Below, in pieces: positions 28,821-39,894 of a stretch of 64,000 nucleotides of DNA. The translations under genes and the position numbers were made by a program. The notes below the pieces were generated by a model. The model saw nothing but the letters and a program-made list of their open reading frames with translations, did no database searches and had not been told where the DNA came from. Positions within the stretch are counted from its first letter, which is position 1. The number at the start of each line of letters is the position of its first letter. This DNA is from Vulcanimicrobiota bacterium (GTDB lineage Bacteria > Vulcanimicrobiota > Xenobia > Xenobiales > JADMJV01): contig JBFWNU010000002.1 of the NCBI GenBank assembly GCA_050250895.1, positions 1 through 64,000 on the forward strand, in the 5' to 3' direction.

Positions 28821-29378
28821 ATGAACACGATACTCGCTAGTTTGAAAATCACCCTCACCACCATGCTGGTCTGTGTGGCCGGCTACAGTCTGCTCGTCTG
28901 GTCCGCAGGTCGTCTGCTGGTGCCGGAGCTAGCCGAGGGGTCGTTGCTCAGAAGGTCTGACGGCAGCCTGGTCGGCAGTCGCCTGATCGCCCAAAAATTC
29001 GAGCAACCCCGCTACTTCTGGCCTCGCCCCTCGGCTGTCGACTACAACGGAGCCGGGGCCGGAGGCAGCAATAAGTCGCCTACCAGTTCGGACCTGACCG
29101 AGCGGGCCGCCACTACCGTAGCTGCCTACGGGGCCACTGCCGACAACCCTTTACCGGCCGACCTCGCCGCTGCCTCCGGCGGCGGGTTAGACCCCCACAT
29201 TAGCGCGCGAGCGGCCTTCTATCAGGCCCGCCGCGTGGCCGAGGCCCGCGGCCGGACCGTCGGCGAGATCGAGCGCTTGATCCAGAACCACGCCTTCTCG
29301 CCCGGTGGCCCCCTGACTTCAGACCGATTGGTCAACGTGCTAGAACTCAACCTCGCTCTCGACGAGCAGAGGAGTTAA
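28821..29378 (+). CDS. kdpC: K+-transporting ATPase subunit C
   Basis: Motifs GSRLIAQ, YFWPRPSA, ASGGGLDPHIS and VNVLELNLALD. Confidence 0.95.
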   Translation: MNTILASLKITLTTMLVCVAGYSLLVWSAGRLLVPELAEGSLLRRSDGSLVGSRLIAQKFEQPRYFWPRPSAVDYNGAGAGGSNKSPTSSDLTERAATTVAAYGATADNPLPADLAAASGGGLDPHISARAAFYQARRVAEARGRTVGEIERLIQNHAFSPGGPLTSDRLVNVLELNLALDEQRS

Positions 29379-29390
29379 GGAAACCGCATC

Positions 29391-31472
29391 ATGACTCACC
29401 AACCTCGCCCGCTATTTGATCCCGAGATCGTCAGAACCGCCCTCGTATCGAGTCTGGCCAAGCTCGACCCCCGGCACCAGCTCAAGAATCCGGTCATGTT
29501 CGTGGTCGAGGTGGGCAGCCTCCTCACCACTCTGTTGTTCTTGCACGGCTTGTTTGTCGGCGGTGAGGAGCCGGCCGCCTTTATCGGTGCCGTGTCGGCC
29601 GGGCTTTGGTTCACCGTGCTCTTCGCCAACTTCGCCGAGGCCATGGCCGAGGGTCGCGGCAAGGCTCAGGCCGACACCCTGCGCAAGGCCCGCAAAGATG
29701 TCCAGGCCGTCCGTCTCGAGTCGGCCGATCGGCAGGGCCCTCGCGAGCAGGTGCCCGCCTCGGCGCTGCGCCAGGGAGACATCGTTCTGGTGGAAGCTGG
29801 CCAACAAATCCCCGGGGACGGCGACGTGATTGAAGGCGTTGCCTCGGTCGACGAGAGCGCTATCACCGGCGAAAGCGCCCCCGTCATCCGCGAAAGCGGG
29901 GGCGACCGCAGCGCCGTCACCGGCGGCACCCGCGTCTTATCTGATTGGCTGGTGGTGCGCATCAGCGCCAATCCTGGCGAATCTTTCCTGGACCGAATGA
30001 TCGGTATGGTCGAAGGGGCCCAACGGCAGAAGACGCCCAACGAGATCGCCCTGGATATCTTGCTGGCGGCTCTGACCATCATCTTCTTGCTGGTGTGCGT
30101 AACTCTGCTGCCTTTCTCCATCTACAGCGTTACGGCGGCCGGGAGCGGTTCGCCCATCACCATCACCGTATTGATCGCGCTGCTGGTATGCCTGATTCCC
30201 ACCACCATCGGAGGCCTGCTGTCGGCCATCGGCATCGCCGGAATGGACCGCCTGATCCAGGCCAACGTCATCGCCATGTCAGGGCGCGCCGTGGAGGCGG
30301 CTGGTGATATCGATGTGCTGCTGCTGGACAAGACCGGTACCATCACCTTCGGCAATCGTCAGGCCACCGAGTTTCTTCCCGCCCCGGACGTCAACGAGAA
30401 GGCTCTGGCCGATGCGGCCCAGCTGGCCTCGCTGGCTGACGAGACCCCCGAGGGGCGCAGTATCGTGGTGCTGGCCAAGACAAAGCACGGCCTTCGGGAG
30501 CGGGAACTGAAGTCTCTGAACGCGACGTTCGTGCCTTTCACTGCCCAAACCCGGATGAGTGGCGTAGATCTCAACGGGCGGATGATCCGCAAAGGAGCTG
30601 TCGACACCATGGCCACCTTCCTCAAAGAGCGGGGTGCCGGCGTTCCCCCCCAGGTGCAGGCGGCCGCCGATACCATCGCGCGCCAGGGGGGAACGCCCCT
30701 GGTGGTGGCCGAGGCCAATTCGACCGGAGCGCCCCGGGCTCTGGGAGTGGTCCACCTCAAGGACATCGTCAAGGGAGGCATCAAAGAACGCTTTCTCGAG
30801 CTGCGCGAGATGGGCATCAAGACAGTCATGATCACCGGCGACAACCAGTTGACGGCTGCTTCTATCGCGGCCGAGGCCGGGGTCGACGACTTTCTAGCCG
30901 AAGCCACTCCGGAGGCCAAGCTCAATCTGATTCGAGACTACCAGGCGGGGGGTCGCCTGGTAGCCATGACCGGGGACGGCACCAACGACGCTCCGGCCCT
31001 GGCCCAGTCGGATGTGGCCGTGGCCATGAATACCGGGACCCAGGCGGCCAAAGAGGCCGGCAACATGGTGGATCTCGACTCCAACCCCACCAAGCTCATC
31101 GAGATCGTGGAAATCGGAAAGCAGTTGCTGATGACCCGCGGTTCGCTGACCACCTTCAGCATCGCCAATGACGTGGCCAAATACTTCGCCATCATTCCGG
31201 CGGCCTTCATGACCACCTACCCGGCGCTGGCCAAGCTCAATATCATGGGGCTGGCTTCGCCCACCACCGCCATCCTGTCGGCCGTCATCTTCAACGCCCT
31301 GGTGATCGTGGCTCTGATTCCCCTGGCCCTGCGAGGCGTGCCCTATGTGGCCGCCGGAGCCGGCGATGTGCTGCGCAGGAACCTGCTCATCTATGGTCTC
31401 GGTGGCCTCATCGCCCCGTTTCCCGCCATCAAGCTCATCGATATGGCGCTGGCGGCGGTGGGGGTGCAGTGA
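29391..31472 (+). CDS. kdpB: K+-transporting ATPase subunit B
   Basis: Motifs [18 protein letters not shown] and [10 protein letters not shown]. Confidence 0.97.
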   Translation: MTHQPRPLFDPEIVRTALVSSLAKLDPRHQLKNPVMFVVEVGSLLTTLLFLHGLFVGGEEPAAFIGAVSAGLWFTVLFANFAEAMAEGRGKAQADTLRKARKDVQAVRLESADRQGPREQVPASALRQGDIVLVEAGQQIPGDGDVIEGVASVDESAITGESAPVIRESGGDRSAVTGGTRVLSDWLVVRISANPGESFLDRMIGMVEGAQRQKTPNEIALDILLAALTIIFLLVCVTLLPFSIYSVTAAGSGSPITITVLIALLVCLIPTTIGGLLSAIGIAGMDRLIQANVIAMSGRAVEAAGDIDVLLLDKTGTITFGNRQATEFLPAPDVNEKALADAAQLASLADETPEGRSIVVLAKTKHGLRERELKSLNATFVPFTAQTRMSGVDLNGRMIRKGAVDTMATFLKERGAGVPPQVQAAADTIARQGGTPLVVAEANSTGAPRALGVVHLKDIVKGGIKERFLELREMGIKTVMITGDNQLTAASIAAEAGVDDFLAEATPEAKLNLIRDYQAGGRLVAMTGDGTNDAPALAQSDVAVAMNTGTQAAKEAGNMVDLDSNPTKLIEIVEIGKQLLMTRGSLTTFSIANDVAKYFAIIPAAFMTTYPALAKLNIMGLASPTTAILSAVIFNALVIVALIPLALRGVPYVAAGAGDVLRRNLLIYGLGGLIAPFPAIKLIDMALAAVGVQ

Positions 31473-31636
31473 ACCTGGGCAACTCCGGTCCCAGGGGGGG
31501 GATTGGCTTTTTTCGTCACTTGCTGCTATGATAGGGATGGTTACCCTCGTAATATTGCCCATAAGCAATGTCCCACGGGTTGAGCCCTCGGGTTCCCCGC
31601 CTCGGGAGATGGGATCCAGAATGACAGATTGGAAAG

Positions 31637-31939
31637 GTGATATCTATTTTCGAACCAACAATTATGCCTCCATGCAGAAGCTGTGGAGAAGAATGGACGT
31701 TTAGCGTCCTGGAACAGGCCCTTTTCTACGAGAAAGGCCATCGGAACGACCCTAGCCGGTGTAAGCCCTGCCGAGAAGAGCGCAAGAAGCGCTCGCCCCG
31801 GCAGGACGACGGCGGCGACACCAGGCACGAAGTCGTCTGCGCCGATTGTGGCCAGGACGCTCACGTGCCCTTCGTGCCCCGACCCGGGCGCCCGGTCTAT
31901 TGCCGTCAGTGCTTCTTGCTGCAGCGTCGGAGTGGTTGA
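31637..31939 (+). CDS. Zinc-ribbon protein (zf-trcl-like plus CxxC-x17-CxxC domain)
   Basis: CRSCGEEWTF..EQ..YEKG...PSRCKPCR and CADCG...VPF.P...RPVYCRQCF. Confidence 0.85.
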   Translation: MISIFEPTIMPPCRSCGEEWTFSVLEQALFYEKGHRNDPSRCKPCREERKKRSPRQDDGGDTRHEVVCADCGQDAHVPFVPRPGRPVYCRQCFLLQRRSG

Positions 31940-32406
31940 TGATGGACGTGGAAATCGTTGCTACTCGCGAGATTCCTGACGAGAAGGCCGACCAGGTCGA
32001 GACCTTTTTCGGCACCCGGGTAGTGGCAGTCCAGAACGGAGCCGAAGAGAGCAAGCTACACCTGGAGTATGGCTTCGAGCCCAGCTACGGTCGCACGAGG
32101 CGGTGTCTCAAGGTGCGGCGGCCGGGCAAGAGTCCCATCATGACCTTCTACGGTGGCGACCGTTGGGGTCAGAATGGGCGGGTCTACGCCAAGTTGCCAA
32201 AGAGCAAAGGGCGCGGCTACATTCGCGACGGCAGCAAGATCGATCCTCAACTCGAAGAGCTTGGGACCTGTCGGCTGCGTCGCTTCATCGAGCCGCGGCC
32301 GGGGCGCAGGGTCGAAGCTTGCTGGGCCCTGGCGGCCCAGGAGGACGACCTCGAAACGTTGGTCCAGGCTGCTCTGGTCTGCGAGCAGCTCAGAAGCCAG
32401 TCCTAG
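31939..32406 (+). CDS. Hypothetical protein
   Basis: ATG is coupled to the upstream stop (TGATG); 155 aa. Confidence 0.6.
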   Translation: MMDVEIVATREIPDEKADQVETFFGTRVVAVQNGAEESKLHLEYGFEPSYGRTRRCLKVRRPGKSPIMTFYGGDRWGQNGRVYAKLPKSKGRGYIRDGSKIDPQLEELGTCRLRRFIEPRPGRRVEACWALAAQEDDLETLVQAALVCEQLRSQS

Positions 32407-35400
32407 CCCACCACCACTCGATTGCGTCCTTCGGCCTTGGCCTGGTAAAGGGCCGCATCGGCACGCTTTAAAACCGCCTCGAGAGCCGGTTCCTCGGGGG
32501 ACCAGCGCGAGAGACCCAGGCTGACCGTGACGGTCAAAGCCTGACCCTCGGTCAGCAAAGGTGTGCCGGCGATTGTCTCGCGCAGTCGCTCGGCCACCAC
32601 CCTGGCCTCGACTCCCGTGTCGGGAAACACCATGGCGAACTCCTCGCCACCATAGCGTCCGATCAGGTCTACTTCACGCAGGCTCTGGCGGCAAAGGTCG
32701 GCCACGTGCGCGAGCACGTGGTCGCCTACGGCGTGGCCATAGGTGTCGTTGAAACGCTTGAAGTGGTCGACATCCATCATCACCACCCATAGACCCGCTC
32801 CGCTGCGCCGAGCCCGTTGCAGCTCTTTTTCGGCCAACTCGAAGAAGTGGGGACGATTGGCCAGGCCTGTCAATTCATCGGTGGTGGCCCGGCGACGGAC
32901 CTCGGCAAACAGTTCGGCATTGCGCAGCGCCACCACCGCCTGACCGGCGAAAGTGGCCAGCAACTCCACCTCGCGGGGCCCGAATCCGCCCGGATCCTCC
33001 AACCAGACAGCCCCCAGCTGCTCTTCGCCTTGCATCAGGGGACAGACCAGCCGTCCCTCTTCTGGTTTGGATTGCTCTGGAGGCGACGGCTCTCCCGCGA
33101 ACCCACGGGCCACCGTCTGGCCGGTGGCAAACAGCGTGGCCGCTGCGCTCCGGCTCGGCAAAAGGTCATCCAGGCGCTCCAGCAGGCGCTCTAGCACCTC
33201 GCGGCTGTCCAGCGTCGAAGCCAGTTCACGCATCAGATCGCGCAGGCCCTCGGCCAGGTCACGCTGGCGTCGCTCTGCCTGGTAGCGCAACTCTACCTGG
33301 GTGGCCCTGGCATGTTCGATGGCCACCGCGATATGGTTCGATAGGGCTCGCACGATCTGCAGGTCGCTGTCGTCGAAAATGCCCCGAGCCAGCCGGCTAT
33401 CTAGATAGACGACCCCTCGCAACTCGTCGCCCACCTCGAGCCCAACCGCCAGCACGCTGCGCAGCCCTCGCGCTCGAATACTGTCCGAACCGATGGCCCG
33501 TCCGTCCTGATCGCAAGCCACGATCACCGGGGCGCGACTCACCGCCACCTCGGCCAGCACCGTGCGGCTGTAATCCTGGTCCTCTCCCAGATTGCGCCCC
33601 TCGGCGTCGCGGCCGGCCAGCAGAGTATGACGGTCTCCCTCCGGTTCGAGAAAGAGAAAACCTCGCTCTGCTCCCAAGAGCTTGATCAGCTCGTCGAGCA
33701 CCACTCTGGCTTGATGCCGCGGCTCGAACACCGTGCGCGAGGCCAGGCCCAGATTCAAGAGCAGGTCCAGTTGGCGGCTGCGGCTGGCCCGGTCCGTCTT
33801 GCCCGAGGGCTGGCTCGACACCCGGTCCAGGCGGAATGCCTCGCGGACCCGCCGCATCCGGGGCAGCCAGCCTTCGCTGCGGGCGATGGCGAAAGCCTGG
33901 TGAGCATAGCTGGTGGCCATTTCTTCGCGACCCAGGGCTCGCAGGCAACGCGCTCGCTCCAGGGCCAGTTCATAGGTTGCCCAGGGGTTGTCCGAGCGAG
34001 CGCTCAGGCCGTCCGCCCGTCCCAGGCTATCGAGAGCCTTGCCCGCATCCCCGCCCAACCGCCGGCGCGCCGCGGCCAGAATCAAGCAGTGAACACTCAA
34101 CTGAGGAATTCGCGAGGCTCGTGCCAGCTGGCGGCGGGCCTGGTCGAAGTGGGGTAGGAGAGGAGCCGGGCGCTCGGCTCGCTGGCAGCGGGCCAGCCAG
34201 GCATAAGCCTTGAACAAGAAACCATGCAGCCGCTGGAGGGCGGTAAAGGCGGGCGAGATGCCGAGCGAGTCAAAGGCACGCAGAGCCTCCTCCAGTGGTT
34301 CGCCCAATTCTCCCTGTTCGGTTTGCACCAGGATCAGATAGCCGTAGTAGTTGGCGCCCAGGTGACGGATGTGGTTGGGCTCGGGAAAACGGTCCAAAAC
34401 CAGGCGCCCACAGTCGGCAGCCTCGCGCTGGCGGCCTTTGAGGGCCAGCGCCGCCATCGAATACTGGTGCAAGACCAGACCCTCCATCTCGTTAAAGGGC
34501 TGGCTGCTGACGCGCTGATGGCGGAATAGATAGTCCAGCCAGTGCAGCGCCGATTCGGCCCGACCCCGGCTCAGCAGGTTCCAGATCAGGTCGGTGCACC
34601 CAACCGCGTGGTCAGCCGCACTGAGCCAGCGGGCTCGGGTCTCGAGCAGGTGGGCCAACCGCACCTCGGACTCGCGGGCGTCGCCCACCAGTTGTAACGC
34701 CAGAGCCTCGAAAAGTTGGGTGTGGGTGAGGCTGACCGTGTCCTCGAGAGCGAGGGAAAGCTCCTCGGCTCGGGTGATAGACACCTTGATCCCGCGCGGA
34801 TTGCCAAGCAGGCCCATCAGATAGGCCAGCTGGCAGTGGGAGCGCACCATCTCGCGCGAGTCGCCCAGGCGCAGGGCGCAGGTCATGGCTCGGGTAGCCA
34901 CGTCCAGCATGCCGACATAATCCATTTCGAACCACTGCTGCATGGCGTAGCGCTGGTATAGTCGACAGAGGGCTCCTAATTGCTGGCGACGAGCGGGCCG
35001 GCTCTCACGTGGCAACCACCCCCACCGATGGCCCAACATGAAAGTGGCCAGTCGCAGCCCCACCTTGGCCGCCCGCAGAGCCGGTCGGGGAGGAGAGTAG
35101 CCCAACTCGCGAAGCCCTCGCTCCAGCGCCTGCCGTGAGCGCCGGGCGTCAAATTCCGACAGGTGGGCCTGAGCTAGCAAACCGCAAAGATCGGCCCGCT
35201 CGACTGGCTGGGGACAGCTGTGTAGAGCGCGTTCGATGTAGCCGGCCCCTTCCTCGACCCGGTTGAGATGAAGACAGGCTCGCCCCAGACCGTCGAACAA
35301 CTCCCAACAGGCCGTCTCGGGAGCAGCCTCGAGCGCTTGCGAAAAGAACTTGTAGGCCTCTTCGAAGGCGAAGTTCTCCAGGGCCTGCTGACCGGCACGA

Positions 35401-37388
35401 AAGCAAGTCGAGAAGACGCGCTCGCCGCTGTAGCCCAGGCTACAATGCCGAGCCCGGGCATAGATCGAACCCTGGGTGGTCTCGAGAAAGTCGGCCAACC
35501 GCCGGTGGATCTCGGCGGCCGTGGGCGAGTCGAGCGTTTCCAGCAGCGCCTCCCGCACCCGGTCGTGGACGAAGTGATAGCTGCCATCAGCTCCCAGTTC
35601 CACCAGGTGCAGCTCGCTGGCCCGGTCGATTGCTCCGACTACCCGTCCCGGGTGAAGGGCCTCGAGAAAGCCCAGTTCGAAACGATTGCCGGCCAGAGCC
35701 GCCGTTTGCAGCACCTCGACCTGTTCGGCTTCGCCCAACTCCTGGGTCCGCTGGCGTAACAGGGCCAGAGCGTCACCACCTAGCTCCAGGTTCTCCAGCC
35801 CGCCGCTTTCCAGTCGCCAGGACGGCCCTGAGGGCAGCAACACTCCGGCATCCAGCAGAGACCTGAGATACTCTTCCAGAAAGTACGGGTTGCCGGCGCT
35901 GCGAGCGATCAGCTTCTTCATCACGGCCGGAGCCAGCTCTCGTCCACCCAGCTGAGCGCTCACCAGCCGCTCGAGTTGCTCGTCGGGCAGCGGTGTCAGT
36001 TTCACCAGAAGGGGATTGTGGAGCTCACCCGAGAGTTCGGGCTCGGCCTGGTCGCGGCAGGTGACGACCACCATCAGTGGCGCCCCGCGGGCCGCTTCAT
36101 CCAGACGCCTCAAGACCGACTGGGTGGCCCGGTCGATCCATTGCAGGTCATCGAGAAACAGCACCGCCCCGCCCACCAGTCGAGCCAGCGAGAGGAGCCA
36201 ATCCACCGGAGCCTGGTAGAACCGGTCGGGCTGCGCGTGCCGCGTCTCTTCGGGCACCAGTTCGGCCAGCCGGGCCGAGAAGCGACCTACCATGGGGCCG
36301 GCTTCTTCGGCCGCGTTGCGGGCCGGCGAGAGGTCACCGGCGGTGCGAGCCAGGTAGTCGTCGATGGCCGCGATCAGGGGCCGCAAAGGAATCGGGTCTC
36401 CCTCCTCGCACTTGGCTTGCAGGACCTCGGGCTGGGCCAGGGCCAGAAACTCTCGCACCAATCGCGACTTGCCGCACCCCGCCGGACCGCTCACCAGCAC
36501 CACCGTGCCCTGACCCGACTGGGTCTCTTGCCAGCCCGCCAGCAACGCCTGCAGTTCGGCCTGGCGACCCACCAACGGCCTCTCTAGACTAGCCTGAACC
36601 GGGGCTCCCAGGGCGCCCAGCAGGTCGGCCGCGCTCTGATATCGATCGTCGGGATCCTTGGCCAGCAGCCGGCTGATGATAGCCGCCAGTTCTGGCTCGA
36701 GGCCCGGGTTCAGCGAGCGGGGATCGGGAGCGGGTGCAACCGCGTGCTGGCGCAGCAACTCGCCCACGTCATCACTGCCGAAGGGCGGACTGCCGACCGC
36801 ACATTCAAACAGCACGACCCCCAGCGAATACAGGTCGGAGCGCCCGTCCACCGGACGCTTGAGCATGCGAGACTGTTCGGGTGAACTGTAGAGCAGCGTG
36901 CCCACCGCCTGGCTGGCGTCGTCCAGCTGAAAGCGGGTGGCCAGGCCGAAGTCGATCAGCATCGGCTCGCCCGTGTCGGCCAGGATGATGTTCAACGGCT
37001 TGATATCGCGATGGACCAACCCCCGCCGGTGCACCTCGCCGAGGGCGCCGGCCAGGGACACGGCCAGATTCTTCACCTGCCCCGCCGGCAGAGGCCCGCT
37101 CTGGAGGTGGTGGGCTAGCGTCCGCCCGGCCACATACTCTCGCACCAGATAGGGGCGGCCCTGCACCTCGCCGACTTCCAGCACCTGAGCCACCCCGGGA
37201 TGGTCGATACAGGCCAGCAGGGCGCCCTCCCGGCGAAACCAGGCATCCCACTCCGGCTCCCGGCCGTAGTCCTGGGCGGGAACCTTCAGAGCCACCGTCC
37301 GACCCCGCCAGAGAGCCCGATAGACAATCGTCCCCGCCCCCCGGCCGATCTCGTCCTTGACGGTCATCTCGGGAATCTGAATCGGCAC
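32403..37388 (-). CDS. Ser/Thr kinase-AAA ATPase-helical repeat-GAF-GGDEF diguanylate cyclase
   Basis: Kinase motifs HRDIKPLN and DFG, Walker A GPAGCGKS, Walker B LFLDDLQW, GAF segments, REVD I-site and GGEEF. Confidence 0.92.
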   Translation of the reverse strand: MPIQIPEMTVKDEIGRGAGTIVYRALWRGRTVALKVPAQDYGREPEWDAWFRREGALLACIDHPGVAQVLEVGEVQGRPYLVREYVAGRTLAHHLQSGPLPAGQVKNLAVSLAGALGEVHRRGLVHRDIKPLNIILADTGEPMLIDFGLATRFQLDDASQAVGTLLYSSPEQSRMLKRPVDGRSDLYSLGVVLFECAVGSPPFGSDDVGELLRQHAVAPAPDPRSLNPGLEPELAAIISRLLAKDPDDRYQSAADLLGALGAPVQASLERPLVGRQAELQALLAGWQETQSGQGTVVLVSGPAGCGKSRLVREFLALAQPEVLQAKCEEGDPIPLRPLIAAIDDYLARTAGDLSPARNAAEEAGPMVGRFSARLAELVPEETRHAQPDRFYQAPVDWLLSLARLVGGAVLFLDDLQWIDRATQSVLRRLDEAARGAPLMVVVTCRDQAEPELSGELHNPLLVKLTPLPDEQLERLVSAQLGGRELAPAVMKKLIARSAGNPYFLEEYLRSLLDAGVLLPSGPSWRLESGGLENLELGGDALALLRQRTQELGEAEQVEVLQTAALAGNRFELGFLEALHPGRVVGAIDRASELHLVELGADGSYHFVHDRVREALLETLDSPTAAEIHRRLADFLETTQGSIYARARHCSLGYSGERVFSTCFRAGQQALENFAFEEAYKFFSQALEAAPETACWELFDGLGRACLHLNRVEEGAGYIERALHSCPQPVERADLCGLLAQAHLSEFDARRSRQALERGLRELGYSPPRPALRAAKVGLRLATFMLGHRWGWLPRESRPARRQQLGALCRLYQRYAMQQWFEMDYVGMLDVATRAMTCALRLGDSREMVRSHCQLAYLMGLLGNPRGIKVSITRAEELSLALEDTVSLTHTQLFEALALQLVGDARESEVRLAHLLETRARWLSAADHAVGCTDLIWNLLSRGRAESALHWLDYLFRHQRVSSQPFNEMEGLVLHQYSMAALALKGRQREAADCGRLVLDRFPEPNHIRHLGANYYGYLILVQTEQGELGEPLEEALRAFDSLGISPAFTALQRLHGFLFKAYAWLARCQRAERPAPLLPHFDQARRQLARASRIPQLSVHCLILAAARRRLGGDAGKALDSLGRADGLSARSDNPWATYELALERARCLRALGREEMATSYAHQAFAIARSEGWLPRMRRVREAFRLDRVSSQPSGKTDRASRSRQLDLLLNLGLASRTVFEPRHQARVVLDELIKLLGAERGFLFLEPEGDRHTLLAGRDAEGRNLGEDQDYSRTVLAEVAVSRAPVIVACDQDGRAIGSDSIRARGLRSVLAVGLEVGDELRGVVYLDSRLARGIFDDSDLQIVRALSNHIAVAIEHARATQVELRYQAERRQRDLAEGLRDLMRELASTLDSREVLERLLERLDDLLPSRSAAATLFATGQTVARGFAGEPSPPEQSKPEEGRLVCPLMQGEEQLGAVWLEDPGGFGPREVELLATFAGQAVVALRNAELFAEVRRRATTDELTGLANRPHFFELAEKELQRARRSGAGLWVVMMDVDHFKRFNDTYGHAVGDHVLAHVADLCRQSLREVDLIGRYGGEEFAMVFPDTGVEARVVAERLRETIAGTPLLTEGQALTVTVSLGLSRWSPEEPALEAVLKRADAALYQAKAEGRNRVVVG

Positions 37389-37451
37389 CCGTCAGGCTTT
37401 GACGAATCGCCCGCTTTCCCCTCGACCGCTGAGAACGGTGCGCCGCCCTTC

Positions 37452-38210
37452 CTAGTGAAGCAATTTGCCGTCGCGGCGATCGAAGCGGTAGACGCGATCC
37501 TGCTGGTGGTTTTCCATCAGCAGGTAGCCGTAGCGAATCACTAGTTCTCGGCCATCGGCCCTGGCCGCTTTGAGGCCGTCGGCGGGCACCCGCGAGGGGT
37601 CGTGCAGGCGGCGTGACCAGACCACTTTGCCGTCCGAGAGGTGACGCCGCAAAATCAGCAGGCCCGGCTTGACCATTGCGAATTCGGGACCCTCCCGCGG
37701 GGCCTCATAGAATTCGAACACGTCCCCCTGGCTGACCAGTCCACAGCGGGGTTGGCGCACCAGCGGCACGGCTACGGGGTCACTGGTCCACAGCAGGCTG
37801 CCGTCTTTGAGGGAGAGCGCGAACGAAACCAGCCCTGTCGCGGTCTTGATTCCGCCCTCATACCGACCCACCGGGCAACGAACCACGACTCGGTCGTCGG
37901 CCACCCCCACCACGCGCAGGTTGGGACGCTGGATCGTGCGCACCGCACCATCGGTGCGGTCCACCACGGCCTCGACTCGCCAGACCCCGCCAAGCTCGAG
38001 CACCGACGTGCCCGAGGCCGAGTCGAAAGCTCCCTGAATCAGCTCGCCCTGAGCGCAGGCGAAACGACTGGCTCCCTCCAGGCGCGCATCTCGCCGTGCT
38101 GGCGCGAGAGGAGTCGACAGGTCGAGGCGGTGCCACTCGGGCATCACCCAGCCTGGTCCGGCCGCTGCCGTCAGGGTGAGAGCCAGGCAAAGCCAGAGGA
38201 CTCTTCTCAT
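37452..38210 (-). CDS. Secreted hypothetical protein with PQQ-type propeller-like repeats
   Basis: Signal peptide and repeated motifs (LKDGSLLW, SDGKVVW, RDGKLL). Confidence 0.6.
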   Translation of the reverse strand: MRRVLWLCLALTLTAAAGPGWVMPEWHRLDLSTPLAPARRDARLEGASRFACAQGELIQGAFDSASGTSVLELGGVWRVEAVVDRTDGAVRTIQRPNLRVVGVADDRVVVRCPVGRYEGGIKTATGLVSFALSLKDGSLLWTSDPVAVPLVRQPRCGLVSQGDVFEFYEAPREGPEFAMVKPGLLILRRHLSDGKVVWSRRLHDPSRVPADGLKAARADGRELVIRYGYLLMENHQQDRVYRFDRRDGKLLH

Positions 38211-39673
38211 CAGACCAGAGCCAAAGCTCGCTCGGCGGCCAGTTGGTAAGCTTGCTCGTAGGCCGCCGCGCTGTCGTCCCAGGAGAAATGCTGGCCCATC
38301 GCTCTGGTTCGCATCTTAGCGATATGGTCGGGCCGGTCATAGAAGGTGCTGACCGCCCAACCGATGGTGTTGTAGAGGGCGTGCCCCGTGGGCGTGTGAA
38401 ACTTGAAGCCCGTGCCCCCACCGCTGGCCTCGTCGTAGTTCTCGACGGTGTCGTTGAGCCCGCCCGTGGCCCGCACGATGGGGAGCGTTCCGTAGCGCAG
38501 CGAGTAGAGCTGGTTGAGTCCGCAGGGCTCGAAGATGCTCGGCATGACGAAGAAGTCGCTGCCGGCTTCGATCAGGTGAGCCAGCTCTTCCGAGAAGCCG
38601 AAGTAGGTTCCCACCCGCCCGGGAAAGGCTCCGGTGGCCCAGTTGAAGTGACCCTCCAGGTCCTTGTCGCCCGAGCCCAGCAGCACCAGCTGGATCTCCA
38701 TGGTGGTCATCAGGCCTTGCAAAATTTCGGCCAAGAGATGCAGCCCCTTCTGCGAGACCAGGCGACCCACCACGCCCAGCACAGCCACCTCGGGATCGAC
38801 CTCCAGGCCGAACTGCTCTTGCAGAGCCTGCTTACATTTCCACTTGCCGGCCAGGTTCTTGGCCGAGAATTTGGCCGGGATCAGATCGTCCTTGTCGGGC
38901 GACCAGACGTCGTAGTCGACCCCGTTGAGAATGCCGAAATAGCGATCGCCTTTGGCCCACAGATAGGGCTCGAGACCCTCGCCCATGTTCTGCCGCGTCT
39001 CTTCGGCATAGGTCGGGCTCACCGTGTTGACCACGTCGGCAAAGGCGATCCCGCCCTTCAAGAAGTTAATCCCGCCGTAGGATTCAAAGAGTTCCGAGCG
39101 AAAATTCTCCCAGCCCAAGCCCAGATAATCGTAGCAGCCTTTGGCATAGATGCCCTGGTAAGCGATGTTGTGGATGGTCAAGAGCGAGCCGCAACGCTCC
39201 AACCCCGGCAGATTCCAGAGCTTGAGATAGGCCGGAACCAGTGCCGTCTGCCAGTCGTTGACGTGGGCCACATCCGGAATCCAGTCAAGATCCAGGCAGA
39301 CTTGCAAGGCCGCCCGCGACAAGAAGCCGAAGCGACTGGCGTTGTCGCCGTAGTCGTTGCGCCACTGGTCGTGATACAACCCCCAGCGGTTGAAATACTG
39401 GTTGTGCTCGATGAAATAGACAGGCGTCCCGCCCTGGCCCTCGGCCGAGAGCACCGAGCACCACTCTTGATGGTTGCCCATCCACACGCCCATCGGCCCG
39501 TGGAACGGCTGCAACCCGTGCTTGGTCCCGTCGATGTCCGAGTAGCGCGGCAACACCACCCGCACGTCGTGGCCGCGGGCCCGCAGGGCCGCCGGCAAGG
39601 AGCCCACCACATCGGCCAGCCCGCCGGTCTTGATAAAGGGAGTCATCTCAGAGGAAACCATCAGAATATTCAT
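38210..39673 (-). CDS. glgA: Glycogen synthase
   Basis: Motifs KTGGLADV, HVNDWQT, TIHNIAYQG and FEPCGLNQ. Confidence 0.96.
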   Translation of the reverse strand: MNILMVSSEMTPFIKTGGLADVVGSLPAALRARGHDVRVVLPRYSDIDGTKHGLQPFHGPMGVWMGNHQEWCSVLSAEGQGGTPVYFIEHNQYFNRWGLYHDQWRNDYGDNASRFGFLSRAALQVCLDLDWIPDVAHVNDWQTALVPAYLKLWNLPGLERCGSLLTIHNIAYQGIYAKGCYDYLGLGWENFRSELFESYGGINFLKGGIAFADVVNTVSPTYAEETRQNMGEGLEPYLWAKGDRYFGILNGVDYDVWSPDKDDLIPAKFSAKNLAGKWKCKQALQEQFGLEVDPEVAVLGVVGRLVSQKGLHLLAEILQGLMTTMEIQLVLLGSGDKDLEGHFNWATGAFPGRVGTYFGFSEELAHLIEAGSDFFVMPSIFEPCGLNQLYSLRYGTLPIVRATGGLNDTVENYDEASGGGTGFKFHTPTGHALYNTIGWAVSTFYDRPDHIAKMRTRAMGQHFSWDDSAAAYEQAYQLAAERALALV

Positions 39674-39894
39674 GGTTTCCCCCTTTTTGAGCCACCCCCC
39701 GGCCTCCTCCAGCCCTGACACGGGTCATGTTAGAGCAACTTAGTACACCGATCCCCCCTCAGCGTACTTTCGGGCTGCATCCAGGAGTATTGTCGCGTCT
39801 TTCTGGCGGCCCCCTGGCAACCTAGACTTGGCTGGAGGGTGTTCACTTTGAAGGAGCGGGATAGTGCGATGCATCACAGAGGCCACGACCGGAC

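Noticed and set aside
38243-39718. 491-aa ORF antisense to glgA (similarly 18729-19976 and those opposite kdpA and groEL)
   Set aside because: Shadow ORFs expected from high-GC codon bias; no motifs.
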